A DNA stretch of 64,000 nucleotides, taken from NCBI GenBank assembly GCA_963737905.1, contig CAVTUQ010000014.1, positions 121,953 through 185,952 on the forward strand, given 5' to 3'. The notes beneath the pieces are model-generated. The model searched no databases and was not told where the DNA came from. It worked only from the letters and a program-made list of their open reading frames with translations. The position numbers and the translations under genes were made by a program. Below are positions 9,791 to 19,085 of the stretch, piece after piece. Numbering within the stretch: the first letter of the stretch is position 1; each line of letters begins with the position of its first letter. The stretch comes from an uncultured delta proteobacterium. GTDB taxonomy: Bacteria > Desulfobacterota > Binatia > UBA9968.

Positions 9791-10006
9791 GGTCTGCGCG
9801 GTCGGCAGCGAGGGCAAGTGAAATTGAATGGGCTTCAGAGCACAACCTCGCCGAGTTGCAGTGGCGGACGGTTTGTATACTCTTCGAGAACCGGTGCCGC
9901 CTTATGGCGACCATTTCGATAGGGAAATTGAGGCTCTAAGGCCAAATAACACCGTTCCCTGGCAAACAAACCTTGAAACAACGGAGGCTTAGCCTGGTCC
10001 GACCTC
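9791..10006 (+). mobile_element. RAYT-type transposase 3'-end relic, copy 3 (shortest)
   Basis: Same DNA as copies 1 and 2 with small indels; ends TAGCCTGGTCCGACC. Confidence 0.7.
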
Positions 10007-10143
10007 ACCGTCAGGTACCAGCACTCGATCAGCTTTTCCCTGGCCGCCTGTTGCACTCCGCTTCCCCCCTGTGTCAAATAAACGCAACAATCGATCTTTA
10101 AACTCCATCGTCGCCGGGTGACAAAAAAAGCGAGAAGCGTGAA

Positions 10144-10746
10144 GTGATTGCGATCGCTCTCTTATTGGCCCTTTTCTTTTCCGGCTGTATTAACATTGCT
10201 GACGTAAACACCGCGTTTCGCCGCATTGATCGGGTATGGCAACTTGAATACCAGCGTAGCGAAGATGAGCTTCGTTGGCGCGTCATAGAGGCCGACTTGC
10301 CGACGGCCTACCTCGCGGTAAGGCTGACCTTTATTGAACTTGGCTTGCCCATTCAGGAAGAATCTCTCAAGGATCGTATCATTATTGCAGAAAATGAAGC
10401 ACCAGCGCCGTTGACTCTGGAGGAATGGAAAGACGTTGCCAAGCAAGAAAATATCAAACTCCGCGATATTGCACCTTGGTACATGACAATAAGCGACGAT
10501 CCGAAAAAATATATCGTCACAGTGAAGGCCACGTTGCATAGCTACCAAGACCGGGCGTTGGTTTTGTTGGACTATACGCTAGATGCTCCTGAATTGAGAA
10601 GGCAGGGCGTGATTCCTAACAAGTACGCGCCGCCAACGGCGGTTAAAATTGCAACAAATAAATTTTGGCTAGCTTTGAAAAAGCAACTTGAGCATATGAA
10701 CGTGAAAGAGCCAAGGCGTCGCCAAGAAAAAGAATTTGAGATTTAA
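10144..10746 (+). CDS. Hypothetical lipoprotein
   Basis: Hydrophobic signal with lipobox FFSGC; 200-aa open frame. Confidence 0.7.
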   Translation: MIAIALLLALFFSGCINIADVNTAFRRIDRVWQLEYQRSEDELRWRVIEADLPTAYLAVRLTFIELGLPIQEESLKDRIIIAENEAPAPLTLEEWKDVAKQENIKLRDIAPWYMTISDDPKKYIVTVKATLHSYQDRALVLLDYTLDAPELRRQGVIPNKYAPPTAVKIATNKFWLALKKQLEHMNVKEPRRRQEKEFEI

Positions 10747-10789
10747 ACACCTGCCATCCCCGCCGCAACATTGAAATCGCCATCTTTGT

Positions 10790-11040
10790 TTAGTTTTGCT
10801 TCCTACGCTCTTTGATCTGCCGCTGTCGAACGCTTTCAAACCCACGTAGTTCATCTAGTAGCCACACGTGCGTTTTGATCTTCTTTTCAAGTAAGCGTTG
10901 ATTCTCTTCTAGTTTCTCGATTTGGTTTTGCATCGTCTTTAACTGTTGGCGTAGCTGCACCTGCTCCTCTTAGCTTAATTGTGCTCGAATCTCGACCGGC
11001 GCGCCAATAGCAGCATTGCAATTATGACTCCAACCCTCAT
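10790..11040 (-). pseudogene. Decayed small secreted coiled-coil protein
   Basis: MRVGVIIAMLLLA, then a frameshift and a stop, then EEQVQLRQQLKTMQNQIEKLEENQRLLEKKIK...RKQN*. Confidence 0.4.
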
Positions 11041-11111
11041 CTTCTCTGCACCTATCGCCTTCGTCGCTCGCCAATAAAATGTTTTTCCGCATCACGAAAA
11101 GCCGTTTAAGG

Positions 11112-11816
11112 TTATGGCAGTGAATCCTTGTCAAAGGATTGAATTGGTCTGACGTTTGGTTCAATAATTTCGCAAAACTCTAAAGAATCGGGTTTTTTCA
11201 TACAGTGGGCACGCTTAATAAAATAAGTGTAGTGATCTGCTAGCTGGATTCCCCATGCCTCTTTAGAGTCTGCAAATAAAATCGGTTCTATCAAGTGATT
11301 GAATTTAGCCTTTGTTTGCATAACCTTGGTCTTACGATACAACCGCAAGGAATCTTTAAACATCGCTTCTCTTTGTGATTTGTCGGCAATTATAGTTCCG
11401 ACTTCACCAGGGGCGCTGCCGCAAAACCAAGTTTCTATTCCCGTTAGACACATAACCAATGCTAGATCTTCCGGTTTTATACCGAGGTCTGGATAAAGAC
11501 TGTTAAAGAACCCGCGTTCCACAAAAGCTGCGTATATTGGTAGTTTGTGGCGAGCAATCAGCCCTAATACTTCCTTTTGAAGCGATACGCGGTTTTCTCT
11601 GCCCCATCGCTGAAAAGCATCTGTCCCCCAAAACAAGTCACGGGCCTTCAACTCTGTGTCTTCTGAAAGCTCGGGAAAATCTTTTCTCACGTCTAAGAGA
11701 TCGGCTTCAAAACTCTTCCACTGTTCATCGCCGTTAATAACCACTCCAGCAACCACAGTGAAGGGTTCCTGATTTGGATCCCCAACGCCGCTCTCGTCGA
11801 TATAAACAAGGCGCAT
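11112..11816 (-). CDS. DUF3800-domain protein (predicted RNase H-like nuclease)
   Basis: MRLVYIDESG start, ELKA, IIADK, DSKEAWGIQLAD: the DESG...QLAD signature of DUF3800. Confidence 0.85.
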   Translation of the reverse strand: MRLVYIDESGVGDPNQEPFTVVAGVVINGDEQWKSFEADLLDVRKDFPELSEDTELKARDLFWGTDAFQRWGRENRVSLQKEVLGLIARHKLPIYAAFVERGFFNSLYPDLGIKPEDLALVMCLTGIETWFCGSAPGEVGTIIADKSQREAMFKDSLRLYRKTKVMQTKAKFNHLIEPILFADSKEAWGIQLADHYTYFIKRAHCMKKPDSLEFCEIIEPNVRPIQSFDKDSLP

Positions 11817-11874
11817 TATCTTTTGCGCATGTGTTAGGTTCGCAGTTCTAACCTGCTCGGTCCAATCATACATT

Positions 11875-11902
11875 TGTATACCCCTTTCGGCGTATCCGTC
11901 AA
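11875..11902 (-). promoter_or_regulatory. Putative sigma-70 promoter of the DUF3800 gene
   Basis: Minus strand TTGACG-N16-TATACA. Confidence 0.4.
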
Positions 11903-12004
11903 ATAAAACGGGCGTCCCAGTTCGGCAACGGCGCGTCGGGATCGATGTGATAACTATTCGCTATACATTGGTGGTGGCTTCCCAAATCAAGATTTCAGGG
12001 ATAG

Positions 12005-12130
12005 TCATTGCGGGGTAGGATTTAGAAGCCTTTGATACGTCGCCCTCTCTTCTGAAATCTGCTGCATAAACTCTTCTCGCGTAATCAGCCCCTTCTCGAT
12101 CAACAGCTTCGCCAGTGCATCCGTCTGAGA
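12005..12130 (-). pseudogene. 5'-truncated fragment of a small helical protein (QTDALAKLLIEKGLITREEFMQQISEERATYQRLLNP)
   Basis: Manual translation. A shorter homologous DNA piece occurs at ~4706-4746. Confidence 0.55.
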
Positions 12131-12145
12131 GTGTGGGCGGAAGTG

Positions 12146-12778
12146 TTAGTTTGTCGTTTCGGGTCCTCGACAGGCTTTGACAAACGCAGTTCCAAGAGGG
12201 GTAAGTCTGATGTTCCTAAAAAGGGTCAAATCGGGTCGCCAAAAATTAGTGAACGGCAAGTCTATAAGAGCAAGGCGCTCTCCAAGATTCATACATATAA
12301 CGGGAAGTTCGTTTTCCGGTAGGTTGGCTTCTAGGACCAGGTTGTGCTCAGAGTCGGGACTTTCCTGTTCCCAAACATATAAGGTGTCCAGTAGTCGAGC
12401 CTCCGGTGGCGTTATTTCTGCCAAAACTTTTGGAAATATCGGATGTACAGGTGTGCCAGCCGCTGCCGTTGCTAATAGCCCTGCCCATTTTGTGGCTAAA
12501 TCACCGTCGTTTTCCAAGGATGCGTATTGGACGATTGGAACCAGAAGAGTCAGTTCAACAGTTGTTGGCGCAATTTTCTTTTCTGAAAGGCGACGCTGGA
12601 CTTCAGTTATTAACCGCTCAATATTTTGAGAACGTAATAAATTTATGCGGTCCGCAAGTTTTTCACCGTAAGCGTCTGCAACCGGACCAAGTAAACGAAG
12701 GAATAGTTCACGAGCTTCACGCGTGAGTCGTTCAATGGATTCTGCAATTTTGCCTAAGCCAATTAAATCATCAGCCAT
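12146..12778 (-). CDS. Abi-alpha / DUF4393-like protein
   Basis: LLVPIVQYASLENDGDLATKWAGLLATAA...VHPIFPKVLAEITPPEARLL...LTPLGTAFVKAC pattern typical of DUF4393/Abi_alpha. Confidence 0.75.
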   Translation of the reverse strand: MADDLIGLGKIAESIERLTREARELFLRLLGPVADAYGEKLADRINLLRSQNIERLITEVQRRLSEKKIAPTTVELTLLVPIVQYASLENDGDLATKWAGLLATAAAGTPVHPIFPKVLAEITPPEARLLDTLYVWEQESPDSEHNLVLEANLPENELPVICMNLGERLALIDLPFTNFWRPDLTLFRNIRLTPLGTAFVKACRGPETTN

Positions 12779-12956
12779 TTCGCGCTCTCGCGTCATCCTA
12801 GAAATGCCTGAGCGATGAATAAGATGCTGCACCTATAACGCCACGAGAGGCTGCTAGTCAAGATTGCAGTAATAATAGCTCGTTTCATCGAATGGTTGGC
12901 GTCGCCAAAAGCTTCTCGTCATCATCTTTGACTTTCTATAATAAAATGCCGACTGA

Positions 12957-13265
12957 AGGCTCCGAAACCGTCAAGAGTTTCAGCGGAATCAGCTCACCGA
13001 ACTTGCCAGCACTGACTTTGAGTCGTGGGCTAAAGAAAGTTTAGAGATTGCGGCGAAGTTTGCTTACCGTAACGGGGGGCGGATTGGGATTCCGAAGGGC
13101 GGGGCTATGGACTGCACGATGGTAGCAGCGGCTTCCGTTCTTCCTGTGGGCTACGTTGTTAGCGCAAGCCGGATTGCTGATAGACGGATGATTCTCGCCG
13201 GATATCGGTCGGCGGATTTGTTGACGCGAATTGTAGGCCAGGCAGGTTTCAACAACTCTTTTTAA
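12957..13265 (+). pseudogene. C-terminal fragment of an S1/P1 nuclease
   Basis: No start codon. FESWAKESLEIAAKFAY...LPVGYVVSASRIADRRMILAGYRSADLL matches the S1/P1 C-terminal WAxES...AGYRLA motifs. Confidence 0.75.
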
Positions 13266-13698
13266 AAGTTCCGAATCTGGATGGCATCGGCGTCCTTATC
13301 AGCGCGTCTTTCGAACCCTGCCCTAACGCTTTCTTTTAGTAAACGATGTTTACGTTTGCGTATACTATTGTTACAACGCTCATATCCTAATGTAGACAGC
13401 CCCGACTCCTGGCCGTGATTTGATCGCAATAGCTCGTCTTCCGCCGAAGCAGCGATTAAGAAGAACGACACAGTAATCCCTCACGCGCTTAGGTTCGACA
13501 ATACATAAGGTCGAAGCGCTGAACAGCACTAAATTCTTCTAACGATTTCGTGATGTTCAGGTGGTGATAGCTGTTCCAAAGAAGACCTGCACACAGCTTT
13601 GTTCTTTCTTCGTCTTACACTGTCCCATTCTTAATTTCTGCTGGCGATTCTGCGATTAGACCGTCTTATGGTTGAAATTAATATGAAGCTTTTTTTAC

Positions 13699-13714
13699 CG
13701 GCATACTGTTTGCG
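13699..13714 (+). promoter_or_regulatory. Putative sigma-54 promoter
   Basis: CGGCATACTGTTTGCG (GG-N10-GC), ~125 bp upstream of the lipoprotein ATG. Confidence 0.5.
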
Positions 13715-13838
13715 ACTTCGCTCGGCTCAGTTCATGAACACACGATAGCTACAACGAACTGAGCATATTGTGATCATAATCGAAAACAGCGGCTAGGTTT
13801 AATGGAGATCAATTAACAGACCAGAAAGGAGATCAACA

Positions 13839-14590
13839 ATGTTTCGTGAATCTATAAGAAAGGTTATTCCGGCAGTTACTATGGCGGCACTCATATCGGC
13901 AGGTTGCGCAAGTAGCAAGCTAGTTAACGTCCCAACTGAAGCTCCAGCGGATCTAGGATTTAAAGCATCCAATCAAGAGATGGAGACTCAGGTGCATTAC
14001 ATCATTCAGCCAGATGGACCGGGATCATGGGTTAAGGGTGCCAAGTGGATTGAATTCAAAGTAAGTCTAAGAACGCTAAGGAATCGGATATATCACTCGA
14101 AAAGTTCGATCTTATTGATCACCGCGGAGTTTATTTGGGATCAGACTACGCTTCGTTGATCCAACTACAGTCTAAAACCGATTCCTCTGCTCAAATGTAT
14201 GACAGCGCAATGACAAGCTCAGTACTCACGACCGCCGGATCGGCCATAGCCATGACAGGTGCCATGGCTGGCGGTGGGGCAGGAATGGCGATCATGCCAC
14301 TCATTGGAGGATTAGGTCAGCTAGGGTCGATGAGTTCACTCATGGGACAAAATTCGGCAGTTTCAGAAATGAAGGACCGCGAAGCAATAGAGATGGAATT
14401 TAATAAGCATCAGCTGGAGACACCTGTTAGGCTCAGTGGTAAGGCTGCAATAGATGGTAGTCTGTTTTTCCCAGTGACTTCGCAACCAAGAGCTCTGATA
14501 GTCCACTACCGCAATGGTAAGGGGCCTGTACAGTTGAAGCTTGTCTTTGAGAAACTCTCGAGCGCAGACTCTACGCACAGCGAAAAATAG
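13839..14590 (+). CDS. Hypothetical lipoprotein with a Gly/Met-rich (glycine-zipper-like) segment, split by one frameshift near 14070
   Basis: Lipobox ISAGC; RBS AAAGGAG. A frame change after KVSL gives KNAKESDISLEKFDLIDHRGVYLGS, joining ORF 14135-14590. Confidence 0.65.
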
Positions 14591-14631
14591 GTCCCGTATC
14601 CAAGGTACTAGAGTTTCTAGGGAGGAATACC

Positions 14632-15678
14632 ATGAAAACCAAAAAACACTTGATCTATCATCGGATAATGAGGGTTTTTGTTTTGTCGAGTCTTTTGCTT
14701 TTCGGACGAGCTATTTTTCTGCCGCCGCTCGCGGGCGCAGTCCCTATCTGGTGGGAAATCCAAATTAAAGACAACGGCCTTAATCTTACTGCAAAAGAGC
14801 TAAAGACTATCCGTGACGAGTTGGTCTCGGGGTTGCGAATTTGAGATACAAAGGTACGGATGGCAGTGCTTAATGCCGCCAGACCCTGATGACCTGGCTT
14901 ATATTGACGGCCGACGGCCTCGGGGGATCCACTTAACTGTCGAGCTCTCCGAAGATGACTTCGATTGGACAACCCTGGGCCAACCTTTGACCGCTAAGCT
15001 GACAATGGGAATTGACGAGGGACTTAATAACAACAAGAACCTTAAGTGGGAATCGGAAAGAACAGCTAAGGTCCCGGACGGCCTCATCGATCCAGACAAT
15101 CGCGGCATAGCTATGGGAGGTCATGTCCGGGCGAATCTCGTAAAACTGTTCGAGAGGAAGCCCCGAAACTACCGTCGGAAAAGTGTACCCCAAAGGCCCC
15201 AAAGGTGAAGGCAAAAGTGAAGCGCACTCGAGTCGGTGTGGTCGTGGACGATCACTGGGAAGCCGAAGGACAACTAACTCTCGACGAAAACGGGAGCTTC
15301 GTCACAGTGATTCCCGCGTCCTACCGATACAATACTAGCTATGCTGCCTGCCCCCAGTCCGGCGCTGGTCAGGCATCGATAACACTTATGGGAGCGTACG
15401 ACGCCGCAGACAACAAGCTGGTTCTAAGTTTGGCTCTTGAGAACGCTCTTGCTCCCTCGGGAATTGCCTATTGGTTCCCGTGCAGCATTTCGCGGTTTCC
15501 GGTGCATTCCGATTTGCACGAGGTGTCGATTGCATTGGAAGACGGTGCCCATTCGATTTCCAGTGGACATTTTGCCGGGGAAACGTGGGAAATATCTCTC
15601 GATTTAAGCTATGACACGGACGAGTCGACCGAATTCCCCCTCATCATGATGCATGATGGATTTGAAGGATGGCGATAA
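14632..15678 (+). pseudogene. Hypothetical secreted protein broken into three overlapping frames
   Basis: RBS GGAGG; signal-like N-terminus (RVFVLSSLLLFGRAIFLPPLAGA); abutting ORFs 14632-14844, 14813-15208 and 15205-15678. Confidence 0.5.
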
Positions 15679-15722
15679 GGCCAGATATACCGGCCCGAAG
15701 TAACCCAGCTATTGATCGCTTT

Positions 15723-15826
15723 GGTGACGGGGTGACACCGGGTGACGGGGTTTTTAGAAAGTCCCCCTATGAAGATGATTTATAGAAAGTTATCAAAAAC
15801 AGCGTCACTACCTATCACCTGTCACC
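15723..15826. repeat. Iteron-like structure: 3 direct GGTGAC, an AT-rich core, then 3 inverted copies
   Basis: GGTGAC at 15723, 15731, 15741; GTCACT/ATCACC/GTCACC at 15804, 15814, 15821; core contains TAGAAAGT twice and is bounded by GTTTTT/AAAAAC. Confidence 0.75.
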
Positions 15827-16074
15827 CGCAAGCGGTTTCCCCCGTTTGCGATAGTGGGAGAAGCATAGTCACTCAACACGTTCTTCGAATAGTGTCGAAT
15901 AGTGTTAGGGGTCAAGTCTAGAGTTGAATACTTGCTGCGATCTTTTCAATCCGATCTTTGAACTTCATCTCCTTCGCCATCTTAGATTCTACGACCCGGC
16001 CGTTCCAACTCACGGTTGCATAACCATTGGGTCCGAAATATTCCGCGATCTCCGGCAAAGTTCGATCGCGAGAC

Positions 16075-16520
16075 AGTCCGGCATCCACGGCATTGGAAAT
16101 GGAGTAGCTCCGGTGCCACGGCAGGGCTTGTACAGTCTCGCTGGTGTTTCACCGTTGATGAAATACTCAGTCATTTCGTCAGCGGAAGGCAACGCCCAGG
16201 AAAAGTATTGCGAGTTTGTTCAGGCCGGGATCGGCAACCCTTCAATTTGGGACGATCTTGAGGCCAGAGTCTCCTGGGAACCGAAGGGTTTGCGGAGGGG
16301 CTGCGACACCTGGTGACAGAAAGCAATAGATTCGAGATACCGACGGGTCAACGATTCGTAGGGCGGCGGAGTTTGGAGAAGCTGTTTTCTACGAGAAGCT
16401 CAGGCAAAGCATCCAGGGACCGGCTCGTCGCCGAAGCCAATACAGCGCACGGTTATAGCGAGATGGAGGTGGCAAGCTTCCTGGGCCTACATTATTCGAC
16501 GATCAGTCGAATCCTCGTGA
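16075..16520 (+). mobile_element. Decayed RAYT-type transposase C-terminal half with HTH tail
   Basis: Across frames: WKWSS.GATAG, YCEFVQAGIGNPSIW, EIPTGQRF, RDRLVAEA...HGYSEMEVASFLGLHYSTISRI. REP-like GGGGTCAAGTCT upstream at ~15908. Confidence 0.75.
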
Positions 16521-16531
16521 TTCCGTGGACC

Positions 16532-17729
16532 TTACTCCCTAGCAAGTTCACGCCACTTAACTACTGCTGGCTCAATAATTCTCTTGTCAAGATTGTCAGT
16601 GTTCTTCATCTTGATACGCAAACGTAGGCAGAACCCATGGGAATGTTGTCAAGTTTTCCGGGAGACTAACGAATTCTCTCTCTCCGGCGAGCACTAATGG
16701 CTGAACGGGTAGCGAAGGAAACCCTGGCACGATGTTGTGGAGTTCAGCTCGAACTTCGGTAGCATCAGTGACGTCGGCCACCACAAACTTAGCAAGGCCC
16801 GCGAGTATTTTTACTGTCTCGGTCACGTCCCGGTTTCGAGGGATCGTGAAGTCAAAGACAATCGGCACTAAATCCTTTCCTCGAAGCGCCTTGCGGATAG
16901 CGTCTAGCACCTTTTTTCGTTCATGAGTGAATCGACCAAGTATCAGAACGACTTTAGAGGTCACTGTGTCTATCACTTCACGGATCTTCTTATTGTTAAG
17001 CAGCAGATAAATAAACTGCGCTACCTCGAGGTTATCTGCAGTTATTTCGGCAGCACCGGGAGGAGAAATAATTAGATTCGACTGAATGGCTCCCTCTAAG
17101 TTCACTTCCCACGCTGAAACGCCATAAACCAAACAATCCGAAAGATTCGCTTTCTCAAAATTAGCTCGAACAATTCTTGTCCCAGTAAGGTTCGCGCCTG
17201 TGAGATCGGCGCCGCAGAAGATTGCTCCATCGAGATCTGCCTCGCTAAGATTGGTCCCATGAAGGGTTGCTCCGGTGAGATTCGCATCGCGGAGGTTGGA
17301 TCCGCTTAGATCCAGCCCGCTGAGGTTTATCTCCCAAGTTCTGCCCCGCGAAAATTAGTGTCGCCGAAGCGTGCGTTCGAAAGATTAGCCCCTGTAAGAA
17401 TCGCGTCGCTGAGATTCGTTCCGTGGAGATCGGTCCCTCCCCAGATTGGCGCGTACGAGTCTTGCTTTTTCTAAAGTTGCGCCCCGGAGTTTCGCATCAC
17501 CAAAGTCTGCCTCGTCCAACTCCGAACTGCTAAGGTCTGCTCCAGTTAAGTCCGCACTATTCAGTTTTGCGCCCCGAAGGTCTACACCATGAAGCCTAGC
17601 CGTAACAAGATATTGCCCGCTCAGATCTGGTCTCTCCCCCCGCTCGCGGGCCGCGGCGACTCGTTTAGTAACAGAATCCTTTAGTTGGTCATTCTTCCAG
17701 GGATGTGGCAGCATCTCATGTATTTCCAT
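16532..17729 (-). pseudogene. Pentapeptide-repeat protein with C-terminal TIR-like alpha/beta domain, frameshifted
   Basis: A(D/N)LxG pentapeptides; LEVAQFIYLLLNN..KVVLILGRF..FDF..ADVTD..VRAEL; the terminal segment NLDKRIIEPA..RE* lies in another frame, ending at 16532. Confidence 0.75.
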
Positions 17730-18045
17730 CCTGTCAATTACCTCTCTGGTTTTGGAGTGTAGGACTCGTCTATCGTTTCACCGAGACCACGATCGCAAAC
17801 CTAGTTACTGGGTACTACTCAAATACCACAGTCAAACTCAGTTTACGCTACCACTTCCTAACCAAGGGAAAAGGGGAAAAAAGGGGACACCTTATTGAAG
17901 GCAGATCAACAGGCGTCTACCGTGAAAAATCGAGGTCTTTAGCTGAGACGTTGCTCCGCTTGTCGAACGCCATGCCTGGGGGAGAATAAATGGCACGCGA
18001 ACCTTTTCTTGACTAGGATGGAGCCGGTTGATATAGCGTCGTCCG

Positions 18046-18705
18046 ATGCCTTGAAGAGCACGCATCGCGCCGGGCGAAATAGTTTACCATGTCCCTAACC
18101 GGGCCAACGGACGAAACGAACTCTTTCATAAGTCGGAAGACTATTCTGCATTCGAGAGAATCATAATTGCAACCATGCATCGCTCTCCCATTCGGCTGCT
18201 GGCATACTGCTTGATGCCCAATCACTGGCACATGGTTCTCTGGCCGAGGAAAGATGGTGAGATGACCGAGTTTCTTCGCTGGTTGACAACCACGCACAGC
18301 CAACGTCTGCATGCACATCGACACACGAGCGGTTATGGGCACATTTATCAGGGCCGATTTAAAAGTTTTCCCATTGAACAAGATGAGTCTTTGCTAGTTG
18401 TGCTACGCTACGTTGAACGTAATGCGTTGCGGGCAAAGCTCGTCGAGCGTGCGCAGGATTGGCGCTGGTGCAGTTTATGGCGCCGCATTAATGGGGATCA
18501 ACAATTCGTGCTGAGTAGGGGGCCCGTTGAGACTCCAACGGACTGGATCGATGGGTGAATGGACCGCAGACCGCAGCCGAACTCGAGGCATTGCGGAAAT
18601 CCGGGAATCATGAACGCCATACGGCTCGGAAAACTGGAGGATGAGGATCGCCAACATGTGCATTTGGGAATTTACTCTTCACTCCGCGGTAGACCTAGAA
18701 AAGAC
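18046..18705 (+). mobile_element. REP-associated tyrosine transposase (RAYT, Y1/HUH) pseudogene
   Basis: MP*RARIAPGEIVYHV start with a stop and frameshift; AYCLMPNHWH (HUH), HIYQGRFKSFPI, YVERNALRA, WRWCSL, terminal RGRPRK. Confidence 0.9.
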
Positions 18706-18725
18706 CCCTTTACTCTACTCTTGAT

Positions 18726-19079
18726 CTACAGACCAGTAAACTGGTCGTATTTTTTTGGATGCTTTGCCATAAAAAAGCGTAGCTTCTGAGCTAACTCTAA
18801 TCTTTCCTTTTCAGTTAGCGCCTGTCCAGATTCACTTGTCATGTTAAGAGGCACACCAGAATCGCGCCACTGCCACTTTTCCTTTGGATCAATTCGCAAT
18901 AGACCGCTAGTCGTATCGTATAGCAGGCCGATGTCAGCGACTTTGCCTATCTTTCCGCCAGTTTGGTAACGGAGAATATCGAATTGGGCGAGGTAGCTTA
19001 TCCGAGCACCATCCTGAAATAGGTAAGGTGAGTTGAAATAAATCGCATTAAGCGCGGCTCGAAGTAATTTAAGCATCAT
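18726..19079 (-). CDS. Candidate immunity protein for the RHS toxin (Imm74-like)
   Basis: 117-aa ORF starting 7 bp after the toxin stop; C-terminal W...LTEKERLELAQKL is reminiscent of Imm74. Confidence 0.65.
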   Translation of the reverse strand: MMLKLLRAALNAIYFNSPYLFQDGARISYLAQFDILRYQTGGKIGKVADIGLLYDTTSGLLRIDPKEKWQWRDSGVPLNMTSESGQALTEKERLELAQKLRFFMAKHPKKYDQFTGL

Positions 19080-19085
19080 ATTGTC

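Noticed and set aside
645-10006. Dispersed repeats as a CRISPR array or integron attC sites
   Set aside because: Units are ~220-300 bp, protein-coding in origin and kilobases apart; there is no repeat-spacer periodicity, no cas gene and no integron integrase.
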